From positions 1-54,059 of IMG/VR virus record IMGVR_UViG_3300033150_000652: a stretch of DNA of 54,059 bases, one strand, 5' to 3'. The DNA comes from a virus. Lineage: Duplodnaviria > Caudoviricetes. The first letter of the stretch is position 1. Each line of letters starts with the position of its first letter. The translations under genes and the position numbers were made by a program. Shown one piece after another: positions 18,208-27,010 of this stretch. The notes beneath the pieces are model-generated. The model saw only the letters and a program-made list of their open reading frames with translations. It was not told where the DNA came from and did no database searches.

Positions 18208-18768
18208 ATGAAAGTTTACGGAGTTTATGGTGGATACTACTCTAGGGTTGGAATGCACCTTGAGCCAACCCGCATCATCGAGGCAGAAGAGTTCCTCGAT
18301 TTGGTGAATGCGCCCCCTGAAGTTCGCGAGTTTGTTCTTCGCCGACAGCCGATTCGATGGCGACAGTTATTCAATCGCCGCCTTTATCGGTTGGTGGGCC
18401 CACGAATTTACTGGTTTTTGAGCCGACGGAAAATGCTTCCGCGAGAACGGGGCATCCCCTGTTGGTGTCTGGACGCATATTGGGGGGCCCCAGACCGGCT
18501 TGAGATTGAAGGGCCAAGCCTCAAAGGCGAAGTTGATCTCCAGCACTTTATCTTGCCAGAGACTAAATTTGGCTGGGTCATGCCCACGCACCCCTTTGAC
18601 CCAGACCCCAGCCTAGATTGGAAGGCGGTCATTGGGGCCGATTCCTACGCGTGGCACGATGGCCGACTTGCCTTTCGCGTTGAAAAAGCCTCCGTGGCAG
18701 CCCACCGGAGTCGCTATCAGGCAGTGCGATTACCGGCTGCGGGAACCGCATTCGATATTAGGGAATAG
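18208..18768 (+). CDS. Hypothetical protein
   Basis: SD AAAGGAGAGAA; 186 aa. Confidence 0.7.
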   Translation: MKVYGVYGGYYSRVGMHLEPTRIIEAEEFLDLVNAPPEVREFVLRRQPIRWRQLFNRRLYRLVGPRIYWFLSRRKMLPRERGIPCWCLDAYWGAPDRLEIEGPSLKGEVDLQHFILPETKFGWVMPTHPFDPDPSLDWKAVIGADSYAWHDGRLAFRVEKASVAAHRSRYQAVRLPAAGTAFDIRE

Positions 18769-18896
18769 AATGTAGTCCTGAACAATTGAATATCCGCCTC
18801 CCGTTCGGAGAACGGCGGACGGGATACCGTGCGCGTGGCCCGACACCACGACGGGAGGCTTGGGCAAAACCTTGAAGCCGAAGGGAGAAAAACAAA

Positions 18897-19151
18897 ATGT
18901 ATAAATCCGATTGGGAAGAATGGCTAGCAGAAATGGACCCCAACACTGGCGAGACCATTTGGGCTATCTATCGCAAACAGATAGCCCCCATCCCCGCCTG
19001 GCTTAAACGCGCCCACAACTGGGCCTGGGCCATCTTTGCCCGCCTCCCTCTCCCCCTGGCCCGCTGGTGGGATCGCCATGTACTGAGGCCACTAGAGGAT
19101 CGCCTAGGCAGGTATTATACCTATAGGGAGGCAAAAATAAACTATGACTAG
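18897..19151 (+). CDS. Hypothetical protein
   Basis: SD GGGAG. Confidence 0.6.
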   Translation: MYKSDWEEWLAEMDPNTGETIWAIYRKQIAPIPAWLKRAHNWAWAIFARLPLPLARWWDRHVLRPLEDRLGRYYTYREAKINYD

Positions 19152-19314
19152 AGAAGAGTTAACCTTGAGGCTTGAATATATAGAAGACGAGGTGGAATAT
19201 TGGGCCAAAGAACACACAAGCCCACGCATAGCCCAACTTCATTTGCTTAAAGCGATAGCCCTTGCCATCACTACCCTAGGCTATATACTATTGCACACTA
19301 AAGATACTGATTGA
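19144..19314 (+). CDS. Small hypothetical protein (56 aa)
   Basis: SD GGGAGG; overlaps the previous stop; hand-translated MTREELTLRLEY... Confidence 0.5.
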   Translation: MTREELTLRLEYIEDEVEYWAKEHTSPRIAQLHLLKAIALAITTLGYILLHTKDTD

Positions 19315-19561
19315 ATGGAGCCTTGTCATACCTGTACCCATACCTGGCTTGCATGATACGCAACAATCGCTGCCTCGCTCTGTACGTGTGCGACCTCTCA
19401 TGACAAGCCTTGCACAACACGCATAAGTTGGAAAGGGAATCTTGAATTGTTAAAGTACGCTTGCCGAAATGAGAACGAGGAATGATGTGATGAACGTCAA
19501 CACCTTGCTTCCCACACAAAATACAAAGCGCACCGTCACGCTCTATGACGGCACGCCTCAA
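19298..19561 (-). CDS. HNH endonuclease
   Basis: RDG..C.LC...DVHHI...NL..LC..CH. Confidence 0.88.
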   Translation of the reverse strand: MRRAVIERDGALCILCGKQGVDVHHIIPRSHFGKRTLTIQDSLSNLCVLCKACHERSHTYRARQRLLRIMQARYGYRYDKAPFNQYL

Positions 19562-19773
19562 CTCCCTTTGAGCCTTGCCCGTAACACACTTTGCAATGCT
19601 GATTTCACCTCTTTCAATACCGTGATGTTGGCTTTTGCCTCCCTGTACTGGGGCTCGACCTCCACCAACTTCTGCCCCCAGTCCAGCAACTCGGCCACTA
19701 CCTGGCCCAACAACGTCTCTAACTCATATACATCCAATTGCCTTAGTTCTTCCTTATTTATGCCTTCTAGCAC
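19558..19773 (-). CDS. Small coiled-coil protein
   Basis: GTG after GGAGG; helical heptads. Confidence 0.55.
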   Translation of the reverse strand: MLEGINKEELRQLDVYELETLLGQVVAELLDWGQKLVEVEPQYREAKANITVLKEVKSALQSVLRARLKGS

Positions 19774-19936
19774 GTCGCCTCCCTTTTCTTTTATACTTCT
19801 TTTTTCTCTTGACACGCTCAGGCAAAGCCTTGTAGTTCACGCCATTCAGCCACTCGTTCAACTGGGCACGGCTAATCTCGCCCCGCTCAAAGAGACGATA
19901 CATCTTCCTCCACTGGGCTTTACTACGTACAGGCAT
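19754..19936 (-). CDS. Small basic phage protein (MPxxSKAQ type)
   Basis: MPVRSKAQWRKMY...LPERV; K/R-rich tail. Confidence 0.65.
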   Translation of the reverse strand: MPVRSKAQWRKMYRLFERGEISRAQLNEWLNGVNYKALPERVKRKKKYKRKGRRRARRHK

Positions 19937-19960
19937 TGCAATGCTCCGCAAAAAATAATT

Positions 19961-20197
19961 TTATTTTTTCTTTTTCTTGCGCCCTCTCTTGGGCATCTTC
20001 CGAAGCGTCAGCGCAAGCCTCGCCCTTCGCCCAACCTTATCCTTCCGCTTGGCAGCAGCGCGGAGTTTCGACACAGGAATGGGCTTATCTGGTGGCACAC
20101 CCAAATCCTTGTGCAACTGCCCCGGCCTCTTGATAGCGGATTGTATCCACTTCTTCTTGCGGGGCTTACGCTTTGCAGTTGTCCTTTTCCTTGCCAT
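19961..20197 (-). CDS. Small Lys/Arg-rich phage protein (KKWIQ.AIK.PG.L type)
   Basis: SD GGAGG; KKWIQSAIKRPGQLHKDLGVP...RRARLALTLRKM. Confidence 0.7.
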   Translation of the reverse strand: MARKRTTAKRKPRKKKWIQSAIKRPGQLHKDLGVPPDKPIPVSKLRAAAKRKDKVGRRARLALTLRKMPKRGRKKKKK

Positions 20198-20248
20198 CTC
20201 ACCTCCGGCGGGTTCTATTCGCGCGTATCCCACCCCCCGCCCACATAT

Positions 20249-20277
20249 ATCATACCACAAACTGGAACGAATTGCAA
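20249..20277 (-). promoter_or_regulatory. Promoter for the 20197-19298 cluster
   Basis: TTGCAA-17-TATGAT with GTTTGTGGTATGAT. Confidence 0.65.
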
Positions 20278-20289
20278 AACGAGGATGAA

Positions 20290-20907
20290 ATGAGCAAGAT
20301 TAAAGATTACAAAATGCAACCATGCAATTGGAGTTCCATAGCAGATTTAATTAAACATTATCATTACTTGCATAGGAAACCCGCTTGCATTATGCAATGC
20401 TTTATTCTATTAGACACAGACAACTTAACGCCACTAGGCGCAGCGGTTTTCACTGCTGCCAGATTCCAATATGCTAAGAAGTTCCTTGAGTTCGCAAGGC
20501 TATGGGTAGATGATAGATGCCCACGCAATACCGAAAGTCGCTTTGTGGGTTACTGCCTAAGATACTTAGCCACTCAATACCCCGATTATGAGGGCGTAGT
20601 AACCTGGGCCGACCCGCAACAAGGACATGACGGTACACTCTACAAGGCATGTAATTTTGTATTTGATGGATATAGCCGCCCAGTGTCCCGATATTACAAT
20701 CCCAAAACAAAGAGAATAATATATGAAAAAACAAGAGTTCGTCCGCATTGGGTAAAGGTTGACACCCAACCCCCTAAACTACGATATATATATTATTTTA
20801 ATCCTAAAGTCCGCGAAAATGTGCAACACAAGTTCTCACATTACCACAGTCATAATCATCCCAGCCGCACACAAGGCAAGCACGGCTACAACCCACAACG
20901 CCGATAA
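20290..20907 (+). CDS. Mom-like adenine modification protein
   Basis: HYLHRKP, EFARLW..D..PRNTESRF, VVTWADP.QGHDGT.YKA.NF. Confidence 0.8.
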   Translation: MSKIKDYKMQPCNWSSIADLIKHYHYLHRKPACIMQCFILLDTDNLTPLGAAVFTAARFQYAKKFLEFARLWVDDRCPRNTESRFVGYCLRYLATQYPDYEGVVTWADPQQGHDGTLYKACNFVFDGYSRPVSRYYNPKTKRIIYEKTRVRPHWVKVDTQPPKLRYIYYFNPKVRENVQHKFSHYHSHNHPSRTQGKHGYNPQRR

Positions 20908-21000
20908 TTGTATTGTCTATCCACCGCAAAAGACATGGGGCGAAATCACAGAACAAATATTGGAAAAACGTAAAAAATTATGGAAACGCTTGGCAGGCTC

Positions 21001-21030
21001 TTGACATTGGGGTCAAGTTTGTGGTATAAT
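21001..21030 (+). promoter_or_regulatory. Strong sigma70-type promoter with a palindromic operator over the -35
   Basis: TTGACA-18-TATAAT with extended -10; CTTGAC-N6-GTCAAG at 21000-21017. Confidence 0.8.
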
Positions 21031-21058
21031 GAGTATGAGAAAAATGGGGAGGCTCCTC

Positions 21059-21193
21059 ATGAAAACAACAGCAAGATATTATTATACCACTTCTATAAGG
21101 ACGATAGTCCTCCTCCTTATCCCTTCTCTCCTTTCTTCTGGGGTGGCGGTTGGCCGGGGCCGCCACCCCGCCTACCTCGGAGGTGAGCCATGA
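21059..21193 (+). CDS. Possible small ORF (44 aa) or leader
   Basis: SD GGGAGG; ATGA overlap with the next gene. Confidence 0.4.
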   Translation: MKTTARYYYTTSIRTIVLLLIPSLLSSGVAVGRGRHPAYLGGEP

Positions 21194-21387
21194 TTGATAT
21201 TGTTGATATTTGTATCTTAATCGCACTTAGCCTTTATATGGCAAGTATCTGTTCTCTGATCGAATCCGCTATGCCCGAGGAACCAACCACCCTAGAACTT
21301 ATAGCCCTTTGCAGTCGTGGTTCCGCATCATTTCTACTTATTGTCGCTACTTATTTATTATGGTTAATAGTAAGAGGTAAATTATGA
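21190..21387 (+). CDS. Small membrane protein (2 TM)
   Basis: Hydrophobic segments; SD GGAGG; directly upstream of SLT. Confidence 0.6.
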   Translation: MIDIVDICILIALSLYMASICSLIESAMPEEPTTLELIALCSRGSASFLLIVATYLLWLIVRGKL

Positions 21388-22091
21388 ACAGACAACGCCT
21401 TGAACAAGCACGTCAGATCGGAGACTCCGTTGGCACGGGATTAGCCTCTGGCATCATCGCTACAACCGAAGCCTTAAGCAAAACCCACAAAACACTCCAC
21501 AAAAGATACGGAGGCAAACTTATCGCCATGTATATGCTCATCGCTCTCATTATTGCGGTTGCTATTAGCCCCGCCCCCGAAGTTGCCGGGCCTGTAGTGG
21601 CGGGCCAGACTATGCCTACACCCCTGCCTCTTGTCCTACCTGCAAGAATTCAACTCAAAGAATTCGACTGCCCCTACAAAGAGATATTTATCCGTGAGGG
21701 CAAGCGGGTGGACATCCCCTGGCAATTGCTAGCAGCCACGGCCAAGTATGAAAGTTCCTTCGACCCCAAGGCCGTATCTAAGGACGGCTATTACTCCCGT
21801 GGCCTCGGCCAGTTCATCAAGTCCACCTGGTTCCACGTAACGAAAGGCACGGGCTGGACATGGGATGATGCTTTTGACCCCGCCAAAAACATCTGGGCGA
21901 TGGCTACTTATTACAATAGCCTCCGCAAGCAAGTATACAAGCCTGGCCTCACAGAGAAGCAAATCGTCTATCGTATGGTGCTAGCCTACACCTGGGGGCC
22001 TAGCAATGTTATTAAGTATGGAACGAAAGCACCAGCGTATAAGATTAGGCATACCGAAAGGATATTGAGATATTGTGGGTACCTACCCTGA
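21384..22091 (+). CDS. Membrane-anchored lytic transglycosylase (SLT domain)
   Basis: LAATAKYESSFDP, GLGQFIKSTW, FDP.KNI, AYTWG; TM segment before the domain. Confidence 0.88.
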   Translation: MNRQRLEQARQIGDSVGTGLASGIIATTEALSKTHKTLHKRYGGKLIAMYMLIALIIAVAISPAPEVAGPVVAGQTMPTPLPLVLPARIQLKEFDCPYKEIFIREGKRVDIPWQLLAATAKYESSFDPKAVSKDGYYSRGLGQFIKSTWFHVTKGTGWTWDDAFDPAKNIWAMATYYNSLRKQVYKPGLTEKQIVYRMVLAYTWGPSNVIKYGTKAPAYKIRHTERILRYCGYLP

Positions 22092-22272
22092 AGTCGTGGG
22101 AGATTATATAATCATCCTTGACCAGGACGAGTGGTTTATGATAACTTATTGCCCTAAATGTGGAAAGGAGTGCCGTATCCGTTTCAACGGCGCAAGCCCT
22201 GAGGATTTGAACGAGATATTATCAGCAATCCCAAAGTGTACTGTTTGTCAGGAGAAACACGGCGATGATTAA
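22075..22272 (+). CDS. Zinc-binding small protein
   Basis: CPKCG...CTVC. Confidence 0.5.
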   Translation: MGTYPEVVGDYIIILDQDEWFMITYCPKCGKECRIRFNGASPEDLNEILSAIPKCTVCQEKHGDD

Positions 22273-22603
22273 AGAGGCGCTTGAGGCCTACGAAAAGTTT
22301 GACGAGCACGAATATCTTAAGAAGAGGCTCTTGCTCCTGGAGCGATTTGAGAGGCTGATGGGGCGAGAACTATCCCAATCTGAGAGCGCAGAAATCATCT
22401 TGGGCCATCACGCCATCGTAGAGGAGGATTTCGCCATCATGCCTGGAAACGATGATTACTGGCATGTCGCAAAGCGATGCCCTGTATGTAAACACTGGTA
22501 TTATACTCCTCTGGAGGCTCGTACTCTAGTGGAGTTAGGAAAAGCCTTCAGAGCATTGGAGAAAACGTTATGTCCTCTATGCTCGAAAGGGGGGAGAGAG
22601 TGA
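22265..22603 (+). CDS. Hypothetical zinc-binding protein
   Basis: CPVC...CPLC. Confidence 0.6.
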   Translation: MIKEALEAYEKFDEHEYLKKRLLLLERFERLMGRELSQSESAEIILGHHAIVEEDFAIMPGNDDYWHVAKRCPVCKHWYYTPLEARTLVELGKAFRALEKTLCPLCSKGGRE

Positions 22604-23616
22604 TACGTCTACTACTTTCTACCACTATTTTATTCCTTATCCTTTGTGCGCCTACCCTTGCCGACACGGGAGCCAACTTCGGCTACCTAGAATTCCTCTA
22701 TACCAAAGAAGGCAGAGCATCTGACTTTGATACCAACCTGTATTGGCGTGGCAAGGCAACGAGCAGGCTAGACTTTATCCGATTCCCCGCTGGTTGCAGT
22801 GCCGACCTCTACGATTGGCAAAACCCACGAGGTATATCCCCCGAACAAGTCATAGCCTGGGCCAACGACCATCATCTTTACATCACTTGGATTGTCAATA
22901 TCCAAGGGGATTTCCCCCACATCGTGTGTGGACAACCTGCCCATGATTACTGGTTCTGGCATGAGGGAATACTACAAGAAGCATACGAATTCGCCCAATC
23001 GTATCCGCAAATAAAAGTCTATGAGATTGCCAACGAGCCCTGGGCTGGATACCAAAACACAAGCATCGAGGTTTTTAGAGAGAGAGCATACCAGTATGGC
23101 CTGGTAGCCAAACAATATACCCAAGCCATTAAGCAAGCCAATCCCCAAGCAGAGGTCTATATTGGCGCACGTACCGCCTGGGGCACAGACAAAGCCCAGG
23201 CATGGTATGAGGGCATAGAGGCAAGTGGAGCACTAGAGATTGCAGATGGTGTCTATGATCATATTTATTGTTGGGGGGCTATAGACGAGTTTTGGGATGA
23301 GGTTTACGAGCCGAGGATACGGTTGCTAAAGGAACTCTATCCCGATAAGAAAATCTATATTTCTGAGTGGAACCTATGGGGGTGGGATGGCCAGCCTCAT
23401 CCTGCGATAGGGACGGATATGCATACGGCCTTTGTGCAAGAGATGGTAAGGCGACTTGAGAAAGATGTGGCGCTAAATGCGTTCCATGCCCTGCACAGCG
23501 TTGGGGAAGAGAGCGGGCTGGTTGTAAGTTATGGCAATGAGTTCCATCTGGGCAAGGCTTGGTATGGACTATCTAGAAGGCGGTGGCAAATCCTATTGCC
23601 GATGGTGTGGAAATGA
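22600..23616 (+). CDS. Secreted clan GH-A-like glycoside hydrolase
   Basis: Signal peptide; IRFPAGC.AD.YDW, EIANEPW (acid/base) and ISEWN (nucleophile); C-term ILLPMVWK. Confidence 0.8.
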   Translation: MIRLLLSTTILFLILCAPTLADTGANFGYLEFLYTKEGRASDFDTNLYWRGKATSRLDFIRFPAGCSADLYDWQNPRGISPEQVIAWANDHHLYITWIVNIQGDFPHIVCGQPAHDYWFWHEGILQEAYEFAQSYPQIKVYEIANEPWAGYQNTSIEVFRERAYQYGLVAKQYTQAIKQANPQAEVYIGARTAWGTDKAQAWYEGIEASGALEIADGVYDHIYCWGAIDEFWDEVYEPRIRLLKELYPDKKIYISEWNLWGWDGQPHPAIGTDMHTAFVQEMVRRLEKDVALNAFHALHSVGEESGLVVSYGNEFHLGKAWYGLSRRRWQILLPMVWK

Positions 23617-23639
23617 GTCGCCTTATAAAGGAGGAACAA

Positions 23640-23900
23640 ATGACAGGGCGTAAGCAAGAAGACACGATAACAAGCAAACAAATATACATTGCAAGCGTAC
23701 TACTAGCGGGTTATGATAAACCACAGCACTTCCCAATCTGGGTCATTGCGGATAATGCAAATGAGGCCCTAGAGAAAGCAAGGGAGAAAGCACAGGCACT
23801 ATCGCTTGAATCAACGTTTGACATTGTAATGGGGCGAAGTGGCCTCGAATTAACGCAGGGGGAACAATGCCATGAAAGTCAAGTGCGCTTGGTGCGGTAA
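23640..23900 (+). CDS. Hypothetical protein
   Basis: ATG after AAGGAGG. Confidence 0.55.
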   Translation: MTGRKQEDTITSKQIYIASVLLAGYDKPQHFPIWVIADNANEALEKAREKAQALSLESTFDIVMGRSGLELTQGEQCHESQVRLVR

Positions 23901-24030
23901 ATACATTTGTGATAAACCACCGTACTCCGATAAGTCTACAACGGATACAATCTGCCCGAAATGTAAAGAGGAGCAAATTCGATTGCTAGAAAAGAGAAGG
24001 GAGGCAAAAGATGGGATACGTAGAACATAA
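23872..24030 (+). CDS. Small zinc-finger protein (52 aa)
   Basis: Hand-translated MKVKCAWCGK...DTICPKC. Confidence 0.6.
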   Translation: MKVKCAWCGKYICDKPPYSDKSTTDTICPKCKEEQIRLLEKRREAKDGIRRT

Positions 24031-24214
24031 CGGTATTTGGGAAACATTTGAGGATGTGCAAAAACAGATTAACGCGTTGAGAGAAGAGAACCGAAAGTTG
24101 AAAGAACGCCTAGACTACCTTGAAGGCTATGTCCGCATTCACCCTGTGTTTGGTGAAGGCGACAGGCCAGATGAGGGCGTAGACTACCATGCTGGCCCTT
24201 GGTGGAGGCCATGA
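24011..24214 (+). CDS. Small coiled-coil protein
   Basis: SD GGGAGG. Confidence 0.6.
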   Translation: MGYVEHNGIWETFEDVQKQINALREENRKLKERLDYLEGYVRIHPVFGEGDRPDEGVDYHAGPWWRP

Positions 24215-24450
24215 AACACAAATGGTGGGTTGCAGAAAAAGACGGTGATAGCGGCTTGCTATTGATAAGCCCCCTAGAAGCAAATAAAGGGGGAAATATA
24301 ACAATCACAACGGGACTTTGCTATGTAACAACACCTAGGAGACTTAAAGAATTTGGGGCCGAAAAGGTCTGGCTCGTTGACAATGTTTATGAGCCCACTA
24401 AATGGGAGTTAATCTATAATAAACACAATATGGGAGAAAAGGAACAATGA
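24211..24450 (+). CDS. Hypothetical protein
   Basis: ATGA overlap; SD GGAGG. Confidence 0.55.
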   Translation: MKHKWWVAEKDGDSGLLLISPLEANKGGNITITTGLCYVTTPRRLKEFGAEKVWLVDNVYEPTKWELIYNKHNMGEKEQ

Positions 24451-24609
24451 ACACGGTTTGGCATGGCTTTGAGGTGAACGTAGACGAAGACGCCATTCGG
24501 CGCTTCGTGGCAAGGCAACACGGGTGCACCCCTGAAGATGTAATTATTATACGCACGGGCGGGTGTACCATTGCCCGCCCTAAGACAAAAGAGGAAAAGG
24601 AGAACAAAG

Positions 24610-25734
24610 ATGGCAGAGAATAAACAGGAATACCAATTGACAGTACGCAACGATATAGTACCTGATTTCGCCATACCCCTCGACGAGGCTCGCCGTCGTA
24701 TACAGCAACTCCAACGATTTGTAAAAGATATGATGAAAGAGGGTGTGGATTACGGTAAAATCCCTGGCGTGGACAAGCCCTCTTTGTGGAAACCAGGCGC
24801 AGAGAAACTCATCAATATCTTCGGCCTAGACCTAGAACTCATCGAAGTTGACCGCGTAGAGGATTGGGATAAAGGCTTCTTCTACTATAAATACCGCGCT
24901 ACCCTTCGCTGTGCCAAAACGGGTAGAATCCTTGGCATATGTGAAGGGTCATGTAATAGCATGGAATCCAAATACCGTTGGCGGGCAATTCCTGAATGGA
25001 AAGCGTCCGACTATGATAAGCAAAGAGCAGTCCGCATTGAAACCAGGCGCTCAAAGGGTGGACACGAGTATACTGTATATATAGTAGAGAACGATGACCC
25101 CTTCTCCCTCGTCAACACTCTTCAAAAAATGGGACAGAAAAGAGCCATCATCGGTGCGACTCTCATCGCCACCCGCGCTAGCGATATATTCACGCAAGAT
25201 GTAGAGGATTTGCCTAGTGAGGTCATTGAGGGTGAGGCTAGAGAAATTCCCCCAGAACCACCCGTGAAGCAACCACAACGTAGACCAGCCAATAAAAAAA
25301 GAGTCCCTGACCATCCTTGGCCCGCCGAGTTCCTCAAAAAGGCGTTCGCAGAGAACGTCCAAGTAGCCGAAAAGAGGGGGGCAACAGGCCCTGCCACAGA
25401 CAAGCAAGCCCAGACCCTGGCCCGCTTGCTAGAGGAAATCTGGGCAGGTGAGGACGACGCCAAGTTCAAACGGTATGGATTGCTTAAGTACCTCTTTGGG
25501 GGCGATATGGATTCCTGCAAGAAACTCTCCAAGGCCCAAGCCAGAGTCCTGTTCGATTGGATTATCGAGAAGGAACGAGACGAGTCTGGTGGCTTCATCA
25601 TCAAGCCCTATGTCCGTGCCGAAGCCGACGCCTGCCTGCAAGCATGCGTTGAGGAACTGGGCCAGATGCGCATGGAAAGCGTCGGGGATGTAAGTGATGA
25701 GGAACTAGAGCAAGTATCGCCAGTATCCCATTAA
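24610..25734 (+). CDS. Putative recombination (single-strand annealing) protein
   Basis: EGVDYGKIPG..KPSLWKPGAEKL and NTLQKM.QKRA...S.IFTQDVED; next to a Gam-like gene. Confidence 0.6.
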   Translation: MAENKQEYQLTVRNDIVPDFAIPLDEARRRIQQLQRFVKDMMKEGVDYGKIPGVDKPSLWKPGAEKLINIFGLDLELIEVDRVEDWDKGFFYYKYRATLRCAKTGRILGICEGSCNSMESKYRWRAIPEWKASDYDKQRAVRIETRRSKGGHEYTVYIVENDDPFSLVNTLQKMGQKRAIIGATLIATRASDIFTQDVEDLPSEVIEGEAREIPPEPPVKQPQRRPANKKRVPDHPWPAEFLKKAFAENVQVAEKRGATGPATDKQAQTLARLLEEIWAGEDDAKFKRYGLLKYLFGGDMDSCKKLSKAQARVLFDWIIEKERDESGGFIIKPYVRAEADACLQACVEELGQMRMESVGDVSDEELEQVSPVSH

Positions 25735-25744
25735 GGAGACACAT

Positions 25745-26254
25745 ATGGACACCGTAAAACTCTATGAGGACACCGAAACCCGCTTTGAGATTAATGACCT
25801 AGATAGCCTAAACTGGCTGTTAAAGAAAATTGCCCTACTGGAACGCCAAAAGCAGGACATCATAGAACTCCGTGATAAAGAGATTGCCCGTATCCAAGCA
25901 AAAGCACAAGCAATGATAGATACGGTGCAAAGCCAAATAGATTTCTTCCTAGACTCTTATGGCCCACAAGCCGAGCAGTTTGTGAAACGGTATACGACGG
26001 GCACAAAGAGGCGCTCGGTACAGACCTTGTGGGGCAGAGCGGGTTTTCGTAGGAGCAGGGAGACACTTCAGATACACAATACAGAAGCCGTTATCAACTT
26101 TGCCAAGCAGAGAAATCTACCCGTGAAGGTGATAGAAAAACCATTAGTTAAACCCCTGCTAGAATACGCAAAAGAAACAGGCGAAATTCCAGAAGGGGCA
26201 GAATATGTGCCATCAGAGGATAAGTTCTATCTGAAAGCAGAGTGGAAGGAATGA
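25745..26254 (+). CDS. Mu Gam-like host-nuclease inhibitor
   Basis: FEI.D....NW.LKKI, coiled coil, KRRS..T.WG..GFR, TGEIP.G. Confidence 0.7.
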   Translation: MDTVKLYEDTETRFEINDLDSLNWLLKKIALLERQKQDIIELRDKEIARIQAKAQAMIDTVQSQIDFFLDSYGPQAEQFVKRYTTGTKRRSVQTLWGRAGFRRSRETLQIHNTEAVINFAKQRNLPVKVIEKPLVKPLLEYAKETGEIPEGAEYVPSEDKFYLKAEWKE

Positions 26255-26321
26255 ACCACATGGGTAAATACTTGGCTGCACCTAGCCCATGTGATTCATG
26301 AAATCTTAACAGAAAGGAGGT

Positions 26322-26606
26322 GTGAGCGGCGTGGGCACCACCAGAAAAATTGAAAAGAAAGAGACGCGGGACGGTGGTATATTGATAGCGCTGGTGGTGC
26401 CCGCTCTCATTCCCATGATGGCTATTAAACATTTGTGTAATAAAATCAAACGCTATTTAACAAAACGAGATAAACATTTAATAAGGCAAGACTGGTTCTG
26501 GTCAGAAGGCTGGCAAAGGGCCGAGCAAGAGGCGGAGAAGGACTTGGCCGAGGGGCGATATGAGGATTATGAGGATATGGATGAGTTCATCGAGAGTTTG
26601 AAATGA
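26322..26606 (+). CDS. Protein with an antitoxin-like C-terminus
   Basis: QDWFWSEGWQRAEQEAEKDLAEGR resembles the C-terminus of AbrB/MazE-type antitoxins. Confidence 0.55.
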   Translation: MSGVGTTRKIEKKETRDGGILIALVVPALIPMMAIKHLCNKIKRYLTKRDKHLIRQDWFWSEGWQRAEQEAEKDLAEGRYEDYEDMDEFIESLK

Positions 26607-27010
26607 TGTATACATTCAGCATCAAAGGCAGAATTGAACCCTGCGCCGCGTCGAAAGAGGCGATACGCGCACAACTAGTTGCCCAAATGGATTATCGAGG
26701 ATGGGGCAGATTGCCGGCCAAAACCCCGCTATTAGTTTCGATGCATATAGCGCCTATTCACCGCGACTACTACATAGATGATTTAATCAGAGCCATACTT
26801 GATGCTATGACGGGGATTGTATTCCCCGATGCCCGCTGGATTGACGAATTATCCGTCAAGCAGGTGGAGCGAGTGTGGCTACCCCGCCTTGATAGTGGCC
26901 CCTTGCCCCACTTTGATGAGGGCGTTTGGGTTTTAGTAAATACATTGGAAGAAAATGGGCATAGAAAGCAAGATAAAAACGCCAATGAGTTTATCGAGAG
27001 CCTGGAATGA
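26603..27010 (+). CDS. RusA-like resolvase (degenerate)
   Basis: IDDLIRAILDAMTGIVFPDARWI versus the RusA pattern DxDNxxKxxxDAL.G....DD. Confidence 0.6.
   Translation: MMYTFSIKGRIEPCAASKEAIRAQLVAQMDYRGWGRLPAKTPLLVSMHIAPIHRDYYIDDLIRAILDAMTGIVFPDARWIDELSVKQVERVWLPRLDSGPLPHFDEGVWVLVNTLEENGHRKQDKNANEFIESLE

Noticed and set aside
19469-20293. 274-aa plus-strand ORF
   Set aside because: Antisense to four recognisable minus-strand genes that have their own promoter
21080-21092. Antisense promoter (TGGTATAAT on the minus strand)
   Set aside because: Extended -10 only, with no -35 and no gene downstream; too weak to call
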